From NCBI GenBank assembly GCA_965235115.1, contig OZ249436.1, forward strand, positions 51,772,001 to 51,836,000: a DNA stretch of 64,000 nucleotides. Direction: 5' to 3'. Position 1 is the first letter of the stretch. Every line of letters starts with the position of its first letter. Origin of the DNA: Laetmonice hystrix (taxonomy: Eukaryota). Below the pieces are notes generated by a model, which saw only the letters and a list, made by a program, of their open reading frames with translations, searched no databases and was not told the origin of the DNA. The translations under genes and the position numbers were made by a program. Positions 29,801-41,800 of the stretch are shown here, piece by piece.

Positions 29801-32800
29801 CAGGTTTGATACATATCTTATCACTAAACGTGTGTTGGCGGAATGTTCAAGGTGATTTAGACGTTGGTCATTGTGATTTCTCAAAACATCAATATATAGT
29901 TAATACGTAATGCATGATTAATAAATAGAGCATTTAAACGTCTCGATGATGATTTTGAGCATGAAAAGTTTGGAAAAAGAAGAAAAAGTATTTCCGTGCC
30001 TGTAAATCCTGGTGGACAAGGCCCACATCGTGGACCACCTCTTGTCATTGTACACTCAACGCCTGGGTAGCAAACACCATCGGAACATGCCAGAGGGCGA
30101 CACCCTACCGTGGTGCCATTACCTGAACAGTGCAGGATAGTGAAACTTTATATTGAAAAGTCCTTTCTCACAAATCATTTTGCTGCTCTTAAATGGATCT
30201 ATATGTTTAGGAAATCACCACCAGTTTGGTCTACTTTGCCCTTTGAATGCAGGTACGTAATAACAATATGCTGAGAGATGCATGAACATGAGCATGGCGA
30301 CCATTTCACATGCGGGGTATTTTTATGCCGCCTATTGGAAGTAGGCCTACTGCTATACTACAGAGCATGTATTACTAGAACAGGCCTGAACACTAAGGCC
30401 TGGACACTACTCTGATCAGGACGGAAATGTGCCTGCCTGTAAAACCCGTCGGACATGGCCCACAACGGGGACCGTTCCTTGACATCGTGCACTTTACGCC
30501 CGGGTAACAAAGCCCCTCCGAACACGACAGAATTCGACAGCCGTCCTTTGTACCGTCACCTAAAGGACGACATGGTGAACGTAAGAGCGCTAAATTCAAT
30601 AACGTCCCCCCTCGAATACTGTACTTCAAAAGAACTACTAGTTACATAGTTGTGTTTGAGCTAGTGGTATTCTAGAATAGACTTTGCCTTTCTTTCTGAT
30701 TATATTACATAAGCGTTTTGAGTGGCCAGAAAAAAGGAGATAGTATCTCCTACGGCCCCCATTCATGAGACTGTAGCAGAAGGCCGTGCCTGTAAGTCCA
30801 GGAGGGCAAGGCCCACACCGAGGTCCTTGTCTTGTGTTCTGGCAGTCGGTGCCAGGATAACAAATTCTGTCGGCACACGACAGACGTCGGCATCCAGCAT
30901 TCGTCCCATCACCTGGAGAACACTATACTACCAGTCACTGTCTCCTGGTCCGTTAGAAAACACTCACACACTCACACATAGTCTCACAAAACAAGATTAT
31001 GAACTTTTATAAGATATCACGACTGTTTTCCCAAAAACATGTACATGTGTACACTGAATATCCTAAAGATGATTTGAATAACTATACGATGTCTTTGAGC
31101 CCAAAACATTCAAAAAGGTCCATGCCTGTAAATCCTGGTGGACAAGGCCCACATCGTGGACCACCTCTTGTCATTGTACACTCAACGCCTGGGTAGCAAA
31201 CACCATCGGAACAGGCCAGAGGGCGACACCCTACCGTGGTGCCATTACCTGAAGAGTGCAGAATCCCATCAGATGGTGAAACTGGCGAGTTTGATCTTAC
31301 CAACTACTGTGTCGTGTTCTTCAATGACTACATTTAGGAAGAACTGTCTTCTGTTAATTGTTTTTTTCTTTGAATTCATTCACATTATAATATGCTGCCA
31401 GCTGACATATACCCTTAACATATGAAAGAACGGGTTGAAGCTAGGAGTGCAGGAACTGGTGGGGTGGGGATGTAACTTCCTCCAAACTCCTAACCGTACA
31501 GGTCCAAGATGCTGTAAATGTCCCACAAACTTTCTGCCATATATTGATACCACATTTATATCAATATTTTCCTTCCCTTTAACGAAATCGTATTTGAACG
31601 CAAAAAGCCGAGATGTGTGGAACTTATCGTGCCTGTGTAACCTTGTGGGCACGGTCCACAGCGGGGACCGTTTCTCGTCAGTGTACACTCTACGCCCGGA
31701 TAGCACGGTCCATCCGTGCATGTCATAACTCGACAACCTCCTCTAGTGCCATCACCTATACAGGCCAGCAGAAACAGTGAGATGGAGATTGTCTTTAAAT
31801 TTTGATATATTAATATTAAAATAAGAAAATACGAAAACCGACCATATAAGTGATCGACAAAATCTCAGGTGAATAAGTTGATAAGTTGATACTTGAAAAG
31901 TTGATACAGAATCATAAGGGTGGATGTAAAAAGAGGATTGCTGTGCCTGTTAGCCCCGCGGGGCATGGTCCACAGCTAGGTCCATTTCGGGTGTTCTTGC
32001 ACTCCACTCCGGGGAAACAGGTTTCTCCGTCTGAGCAGGACAAAGGTCGACAGCCACCTATCGTGCCATCACCTGTATCACAGCAATATGGTCCTCGCTT
32101 CTTCAGTAACCAGCATGGTGATAATTACGTCTAGGATATTTATAGGCAGTCTTCGGGCCGTTTTACTGAAGCGAAGGCTCCAGTAATCACGTGTGGATAT
32201 AGTATACGTAGTATACGTTATGTACATATAGCCTAAGTCTTCATAAAATAAATATTTGTACACGGCATTATAATGTGTAATATAAACACCGACGGTACGG
32301 GGAGAGGCCTACTCCAAGTCTAAGAATTAATCATTAGCAGATTTGGCTGACATTAAAACCCCCATATAGAACAGTCATGTCGACTTGCATAAAGAAAGAT
32401 TGATACTTTGTAATTCTATGCACGAAGATCTTGTGTCCACAAGATATCAAGGGCATGTTCAGTGCCTCTCAAATTAAACCTTATTTTTCGAAATCTTCAA
32501 TAACAGCACTAATTCTAAACATTGCAAGCGGAATAGATATTTAGTTACGCGCGACAATAAAAGCCAAAGCAACATTTTGCAAGCAACTGTGAAAGGAAAC
32601 AACAAGAAATACATGGTGACACAGGAATTGGACAAACAGGGGCCATCCGTGGGATATACCTGGTCCCAGAGAAGCCATGGACCTACAACACGTGACACAC
32701 ATGCATGCATTAAAACAAAATATTCCAAGCGATCACAACCGGAAGTGCTCATAATGACGTCATGATAGTAAAGATGGCGCACCCCGCGTAACCAAGCAAC

Positions 32801-35800
32801 GTGTCTTCTCTGTCGTCTTTCGCCTCTTTACGTCAGCAATAAAACAATCTCTAATGATCGCTAGCATAGTAGAACCCTATAGAGGTATTACTGCGATATA
32901 AAAATAGTTTCATTATGTAAATTAGGCCTATCTCCTATCACTACCGATATCTGCATTCTAGGCATATCACAAATAAAACAAATAAATTAATCATAACTAC
33001 ACCGTAACTACCAGAAATAAATAATGTAGTGCTAGATCTATTATCAGAACAAAGTCGGCCTAATCACATCGTCACATGCTGTAAATCGAACTCAGGTCCA
33101 ACCTTTTCAAAAATTACATTCTTGCTTAAGTTAACGCTTCTCAAAGGCCGGTCTAAGCAGACTAGCAAATCAGAAACGTTACGCTTAAAGCTTGAGCAAG
33201 ACCTTACGTTTTGAAAAACCCGACCTGATCACCTTAGAAACTCTCTTACAATGTACAGAAGGCGAGGATGCTATAAACGGGTTGGTGAAGGACCTACCTG
33301 TGTATCCGGGCGGGCACGGTCCACACTGCGGTCCGGCACGGGTGTCCTGACATGCCACTCCCCGGAAACATGGCTGGTCGGCACAGCTCAAACGTCGGCA
33401 CCCTTCCCGTGTTCCGTCTCCTGTGACGTCAGAACGAGGCACGTATAAGCAAACGGAACCGGAAATACGTCAGCAACCAACGTCAATTGGTTGCGCTTGG
33501 TGTAATTGTTATTGTTTGTAGAGGAATGAGGGCATAGAGAACTACGTTAAGTAAAATAGTGTCCGCAAGGAGGCGCTTGGGCATAGACCTTGAAATGAAT
33601 GCCAAACGGTAAAAAGGGTTCGTCACATCTTTAATTTTCAGAGTTCCCTAAATAGTGATCAGGTTTACTTCTCTTTATTTGGATGACGCTCCGAGATAAG
33701 TGACCTTTATAGAGTTTAGAGCTAAGACAGGCCGACCTGTCTATACCTACCAGTGTGTCCAGGCGGACATGGTCCACAGCGGGGCCCGGACCGCGTGTCC
33801 TGGCACTCCACCCCAGGGAAGCACGGCTGGTCGCCGCAGCTCAGTCTCCGACATCCGTCTCGCGTACCGTCACCTTCAAACACCGACAAGGTCAACTTCT
33901 CTGACTTTAGTCAGATCATGGAGGGGGAGGGGCTAGGGCTTATATATCTGAGTCTGCGGCGGGGATTTTTTTGGGGGGGGGGGGGGGCATGTAAAAATTA
34001 AATGTGGAACAGCATTCTACAGGTCATCGCAAGGCAAGAATAATAGCTGCTGCGCAAATATGAGGCGGCAGAGCCCTATATTTTGGCATATAAAAACAGA
34101 AAATCGCTCTAAATTTTGCCTTCCTTTCCAAACTTTGAATATTATTTAGGGTTTCCTTATTTAGCTTCAAGCAGGAACCGAAACAACTAATGCTGAAGCC
34201 TGACAACTGAAGCCTGACAAGATACTACAGCTAATACCGTTGGTATCTAACAAAGCGAAGTCGAACTCAAGCGACACGAAAGGCCATCTGCAATATTCCA
34301 GGGCCGTAGATAGACTGGGAATTGTATTGCCAAACTTCCACTCTGCTCCTTGAGCACCCAGGTCAGGACTTGCCTCTAAACTAAGTCTGGTTTCAGAACC
34401 TCCAGTGTGAAAGTCAAAAACTTGTTCTTAAAGAAGTCATATCTACGGCCCTCTACACGTATAGAAGCTGGTTATACAGTACGTCACGAGTACAAAACAT
34501 AGATCTACATTTTCACGTGGTCGCCTGGTTTCAAAGGGTGTAGCTAGCTCTGAACGTAAAAACTGTGTCGAAACCATGAGTCTGGGCGTCAAACAGATGA
34601 CGTCACAGTTTAGACGTTCCGATCTGACCCATTTACAAAACCGGACCGGAAGCTGGACACTGTACGGAAACGGAAGCGACCTGCATGGCTGCAGACAAAA
34701 ATACCATGTGACCCTTTCCTTCGGACGCAAGTCGTCAAAATGATGATCACAGGAAAGTCAGGGTTTGTCAGAGCAATGGGGTAAACAAATATGGGGAGCT
34801 AGGCAAAGCACTGCAGAATTCTGTCGTAAACAAAACCAATGCCTTCAAATCCAGGAGGGCAGCGTCCGCACTGTATCCCGACGGGCGTCTCCTTGCAGGT
34901 GACGCCGGGCGCGCAGGGCGAGTCGGTACACGTGAGTCGGCGGCACCCGTCACGAGTGCCGTCACCTAGCGTCAGAATTCAAAACTACTAACGGATCGCC
35001 GGAGTCAAAAACAAACCAAAACAAAAAGTCCAAAAGTAGTGTGAACGAGACAAACCGTCAAATCAGTCCTTGTCCTTGTAGAGGATGCTTAGACTCTATA
35101 CCTAGGCCTAGATGTCTATGATAATTCAAACAAGGGTTGCACCAAAGTGTTAATAGACAATTGATATCACGAGAATTAGCCTACATCAGTGTTACAGTAT
35201 ACCTCTACGACTACGGAACATCTTGACCACTGGTACACGTACATAATGACGGGAGTTAAAACAAATAAGATAGTTAATATGGATCTCGTCTGGTCGATAC
35301 CTAGGGTCGATGTGAAGGGTTAATCACTTGCCTGTATATCCAGGCGGGCAGGGTCCACAGCGGGGCCCGTCCCGGGTGTCCTGGCACTGGGTCCCGGGGA
35401 AACACACACCGTCCGCGCAGGCCAAACGTCGGCATCCCCGCCTTGTACCGTCACCTGCACGGCACCCACCAAATGTACATTAGTAAATGGTCAATGTGTC
35501 GGCGGCCACCACACTGCCCGGTCCCCGCCAGAGGGGATTATCTCACGGGCAGCGCGTTGGTGTGTCACACACCACAGGCGTGGATATAATCATATCACAA
35601 GTATATACAGCGATACTCCACGTCAAATGTAGGCTACTCTAAACGAAACGCATGCAATTAACACCAGTATTTGTGGCTGGAGGCCATTGACAAGGACGAG
35701 AGGGAGGGATGAGGAGGGAAGGTAAGCGGACACAGATACTACTGCCATGCTGGGCTGATGTCACTGCAATGAAACATATATAACGAAAGGCAAAACGTTT

Positions 35801-38800
35801 ATATGTTCATATACAACGAATACGGCAAAGAGACTGCTTGACAACTTCTGAAAACGAGATAAAGCCTTCAGTTTTTTTTTAAGAAAGAAATTCTACATAC
35901 ATCCTTGATACAAGAGGGCACACCTCGCTCTGGTCCGTTCAGTATTATTATGTCTTATCTACTAAAGAGTTATTGAGATCAATAAACCGATATTGAGATT
36001 AATAACTTATAATCAATCGTTGTCAATGACACATAGAGCAGTAACATGCGGTTGAGAAAACCAGCAGCTGGCGAAACCAGTGAGAGAATCCTCATGGTAC
36101 TACCGTAGGCGTAGTTACCTATAGTGCTGAAACTCAACGTGCAAAAACCAACACACTGGACAACTCTGCGTAGCCACGGCCGAGATCTCGCGATCCAGCG
36201 TGATTCTCCGACACTTTGACGTCACAAGCGTTGGTCAGGTGACCATGAGCACGTACAACAGAAGGCGTGAGACACGGCTTGGCAGGGTATAGAAAGAAGA
36301 CACGGGGAAAAGGGGTAGAACGCTGGGACAATTGACATGTATAGAGAATGGCAAGGGTTCGTGCCTGTATATCCCGGGGGGCAGGGGCCGCAGCGGGGTC
36401 CGTCAGGGGTTTCCTCACACGTGGTGCCTGGGTAGCACGGCGGCGGGTCGTCGCCGCAGCCCAGTGGCCGACATCCCTCTCGGGTCCCGTCACCTGCCGC
36501 CAGCAGAGTTGTAGAAATCGAAAATGACTGCCAGGTATTGACTGGCACGTGCACCCTGGCTCAATATAAAGTCGGCTGAAATGCTGACTCTGAATGACTT
36601 GGGACAAGAAACAGAGTTGGATAGCTCGGTCGTTTTTTTGGAGGGGTGGGGTGGGAGACCTTTCCCATTGATTAGTAGGACCTTCATAGCTTCTTTTAAT
36701 AGGTCCTGATTTGTATGACCCCCACCTCTATAATCCTTTCCCATCTCACCGATAGGCCCCCTTTGACGAGTCCAATAACAAATCACTAGTTCGATTAAGC
36801 AGATATATACTGCATGGAATGATTATAAAATGCTCAGCTATGGATAGAAATCATCAAGTAAACATTTAAGACACACATGTCAAAGAAAAGACAAGGGCGT
36901 AGAGATGCTCACCTGTGTATCCTGGAGGGCAGGGACCACACCTGTAGCCGTTGGCTGTGTCCGTACACGGTACGCCAGGGTAGCAGGGCTGGCTGTCACA
37001 CCTTGGTCGGTCCGGGCGACACCCCCTCCTCGTCCCGTCACCCGTGTATCCGGGTGGGCACGGCCCGCAGTAGAAGCCAGTCTCCGTGTCGTAACACTGC
37101 ACGCCTGGGTGGATTTGTGGGATTTAGTCACAACTGAGATCTCATGGAAACTGTATTAAAAGGTGAGGTGCTAACCTGTAGGCAACGTGTCAATCTGACA
37201 TTTGATAGAATTTGTAGAAGAAATAAGATTTTAGATTTCTGGTGAATTGATCTTCCTGCAGTTCTTGCCGCGAAGTGGACTTTAACACTCAAAACCAAAA
37301 CACCGGCAGATGACCTAGGGGCTTGATCATCAATATAGATACTTTTAAGTATTTATCGCCTTTTACTCGCCCAAACCTAAACTTTTGACTTATGATTCCT
37401 GATTATAAAAAGGTGACGACTTGTAGCATTATGATCACTGTTAACAATATGAAGTTGTGTCTCAGTCAAATATCTGTTGATGACTTAACTGTCTGAATGA
37501 AGTCGTCAAAAAATTCCGCATTAGGCCTACTTCTGCAGCAAAGAAGGATAAATGTCACCTACCCTCAAAACATGGTCGTTCTGCGCATGTTGGAACGCGC
37601 ACGCAGACGAGGCCGTCTCCACGGTAACCAGGAGGACAGGATCCACACCGGAACGTTCCGTCTCCGTTATCAGCACACTGGACTCCCCGGAAACATGGGT
37701 TCGGTTCACAGGGTGACGGGGGAACTGAGGATGGAAAGGTTAGACCAGGTCACAGCAGATCAAGGCAGTGCTAACAGTGCGGGAATAGACGCACAGAACT
37801 ATAGAATGAGATGAAGAATGACAGAACGTTAACGGATGGATGTCCATAACCGATACGAATAACTGCTTGTTTTCCGCCAACTCTCGCGGGCGGGGTTCAC
37901 TTAGGCCTATACTGTTTCTGTTGGAACGACTGATGATCCTGACCGGCTATGTGTCGTATCTCCCTGAGAACGATTCAGCCTAATTGGTTCGCTGTCGGCA
38001 TGGTCGCGAATAGTGAGTCTATTTCACACGTAAACTGGACAGCTCAGAGGCAAGCGCAACGATGGTCTACACATGGCCTAATGCAAATTTCATTTCCCCA
38101 GTTGAGTAGTATGTATACACTAATAATGACAAAAGCTCATATGTATGAAAAATAAAGATTACGAAAGGCGAAACAAGACTGAAGTCAACGTTTCAGCGCC
38201 TCCCCCCAGTAGAGTCTGGGGAATATTTGATAATTTATCGTTTAAAACAAACAATTGTTGCCTATGAAGATTTCTCCACTGAGTCCACATGTACATTATA
38301 AATAAACATTAAAATCACAACATACCTTTCAAGTACGCCTTGAATTTAAAACACACCCCTAAGTGCAAACACAAAGTGAACGACCAGGTTATATCCCAGA
38401 CTGACCGGAGCGCCACCATGGTTGATCCACACTGGTCGCGGCGATCACAAAACCCAGCTCTAGAACTAGTCTGCCACCAGATGGCAGGTTGACCACGTTG
38501 GAATTGTTACTCCTCAACTTGCTGAAGGGCGTGCCATAAACAGAGGCTGACCATCGTCTTCCCTCCTCTGTTTATTCTGAGAACGAACTGAGTAAGTCCG
38601 GTGGTCGCACGTACTCCACAGGACAATGTTGCTGGTTTCTCAGAGAATCCCCAGACCCACCCAACACTTGATCATAGTGTGAAGTGGACAAGTTCTGGAG
38701 CCGCCAGCACACTGGCAATACAACCTTCAGGCATGGCCATCACCTCTCACTTCTTGACCTCCCAACTGACCCCCTCTGAACGAGGTATAAAGATATCATA

Positions 38801-41800
38801 TTCAGAGATCGGAACGCCCCATACAGGAAGGGCGTAGGGATAGGGTGGCCCTCCAAGGGCCATGGGCCGGGCACGTGTAACGTCAACAAACGCTGGTCGG
38901 CTCAATATACACAGGGGCACAGAGATCTGGGTCAGACCCTGACCATTGTCCGCCCAGACGCTGACCCAGACGGCATTATCACCATTAGATACCCACAGAT
39001 ATAAGCCTACACTGAAGCAAGAAATAATCCGTAATTTTATGTAAGGTGGCAGTCGAGAGGTAAGCTACAATTTCAGTGTTGGCTACAGTAATATATGGGC
39101 CGTGCATGCAAATCCTTCAGGCATCTTTATCAATACTGCCATCATGCCAGCATCGGAACACCAGTGGGACTCGCTGATAACAAGGAGATTTATCTACCAT
39201 TGCATGGATACCACGGATATATTGTAAGTCTATTACGTATATATTTCATCCATAGGACAAGATTATTTTGGGATAGCTCCCCACTGAAAGCTCTGTACCG
39301 GTATGACCATGCTTCATCATCTTGGGGGTGCCAAGTAACTTGTTTCGTTGTTGACAGCTCAAACAGGTGCACAGTGAGAAACATACAAACCTACTTTAGG
39401 CAGAGGTCAGACCCTGCAGCAGTCAATAACTCGACGAAATTGATTGCCAAGTCACGAAGCATACACTTACCATTACAAATGTTGCATTTTTGAAGCGTCG
39501 ATCTCAGCGACTGCGTTTCTCGTGTCTGGAAACAGCAGATGGAAAAAATTGTAATATTAAACCAACCTGAAAATTACTATTTCGACGCATTATGCCATTC
39601 GACAGCAAAAACGTAAAGGGACATTTTGTAAAAGAACCAAAAGTCAAGGATTAATAGATAAAAGGTTCCAACGGTATTAATTAATGTGCCTACGTAATCT
39701 CTCTATGCTGTCCTTTGTTTTGTTCGTTAACCCATTCCCAGTAAGAATCACATTACAAAAACAGTAAAAGAATAATTTTCAATGGCTTTACAATATTTAA
39801 ATGAAAATCGTTCCAGATCCAGGGGAGCTAAGGTAGCTACAGCCTTCCGCCTATAATAATCCACCCCGAGGATTTTAACATCAATGATGTTTTCATTTGA
39901 CTTCTCACCTGCATCTGGAGGTTTCGCTGCATCATCTTCATCTCACGATTGAGATCGTTCATCATCCGGAAGAGGTTCTTTATGATGGCTACAAGGATAA
40001 GAACAGGACATTGTTCTTTATGATGGCTACAAGGATAAGAACAGGACATTGTTCTTTATGATGGCTAAAAGGATAAGAACAGGACATTGTTCTTTATGAT
40101 GGCTACAAGGATAAGAACAGGACATTGTTCTTTATGATGGCTACAAGGATAAGAACAGGACATTGTTCTTTATGATGGCTACAAGGATAAGAACAGGACA
40201 TTGTTCTTTATGATGGCTACAAGGATAAGAACAGGACATTGTTCTTTATGATGGCTACAAGGATAAGAACAGGACATTGTTCTTTATGATGGCTACAAAG
40301 ATAAGAACAGGACATTGTTCTTTATGATGGCTACAAGGATAAGAACAGGACATTGTTCTTTATGATGGCTACAAGGATAAGAACAGGACATTGTTCTTGA
40401 TGATGGCTACAAGGATAAGAACAGGACATTGTTCTTTATGATGGCTACAAGGATAAGAACAGGACATTGTTCTTTATGATGGCTACAAGGATAAGAACAG
40501 GACATTGTTCTTTATGATGGCTACAAGGATAAGAACAGGACATTGTTCTTTATGATGGCTACAAGGATAAGAACAGGACATTTTACAGCTGTCCACCTAC
40601 TAGACTACGACTGGAATGGGTGTAAAGCATACACAATCACGAAAAGTAAGATTTCTTCCTCTCTTTAACAATTTTGACAATATTTTCGCTAACAATTTCG
40701 ACAATGTTCTCTGGTTTGATTCAGCTAATACTGGGCCTATCGGGTGTAGGCCTATAGTTGATATTTTGCTGATTTTAGGCCTACAGTTGTAAGAATTTAC
40801 TTTTAAATAGGTAAACTCAGACGAGCTAATTTTAAACGCACGTGATTTCTCCAGTTTGCTTGTATCTTCATCTGCCTGTGGGTCATCGGCCGCCGGTGGC
40901 TCCGCCTCGTGGGAGACAGGGGGGCAACCAAGGGTTTTGAGCACCGTGCCCGTGTCCATCCTCCGGTACAACTTCACACCGTCACGGAGCGTCTGCGGAC
41001 AAAAGAAACTCAATTAGATGATCTTAGAATCTTGTAGTATGCAACCTGAGGGGGGTAAATTGTAGGTATAAGACAATCTCCCACAAGGCAGAGGGGCTCG
41101 CTCCACTACCCCTCTGCCACACATGACTTTTTACGGGCAAAAGCGGGCCCCTATGTATGCGTTTAACCCTGTTTTTTTACCAGGTCGGCCGCCCTGTATG
41201 GTATCTATAAAATTTAACGTACCTCTAAATCCCAAAACCGAGATTATACCAAGTGACATTCACCGTACAAGAAAAATACCTGATGAAATATTAGGAACTA
41301 GATTTGCGGAGGGAAATCAGCTATAGTCGCAAGTCGGTTGGCCACTTTCGGGATGATTCGAAATACTTCGGGTGTTTCCAACTAGGTATACTTCCGTTCC
41401 GACACAACCAGAAGAGGTTGGTTCCAGCAAAAGCGACCTCTGGTGGAAGTTTGTACCCAATGTGTGGAAGAGATTGAATGCAGGGAACGATCTCTGTCCG
41501 GAGAGTGGGTATGAGACATATTCAGTTGAAGATCAGGGCAGATACAACCTATAAGAGACTAATATGTAGGCCCTATAATGCAGAGAGGGAGTGGGGGGTG
41601 GGGGATGGCATATACTTCTTTCATCTGCAACAATATGGCAAATGTTCGCATCCCAGTCCCGGGACAAACCTTGGAGTGAAATGAGACAAGGATTCCCGAG
41701 GTCTTGTCGACCAAAGTTCGAAATCCATTCTACACGGGTCCAAATTTAGAAACGCAATGACAACGTCATACATTGCCAGACAGACCTTCCCATGTAAACG

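Noticed and set aside
20140..33297. Dscam-type docking/selector complementary sequences
   Set aside because: No convincing complementary intronic motif found by eye, so mutual exclusivity is not claimed.
13060..35660. TGCATG (RBFOX-type) motifs on the transcribed strand in array introns
   Set aside because: About ten seen by eye in about 23 kb, not clearly above chance without a proper count.
11989..36493. Array read as many small separate genes, pseudogenes or a dispersed mobile repeat
   Set aside because: Units have no start or stop codons, are bounded by splice signals in constant phase, and join in frame to thrombospondin exons on both sides.
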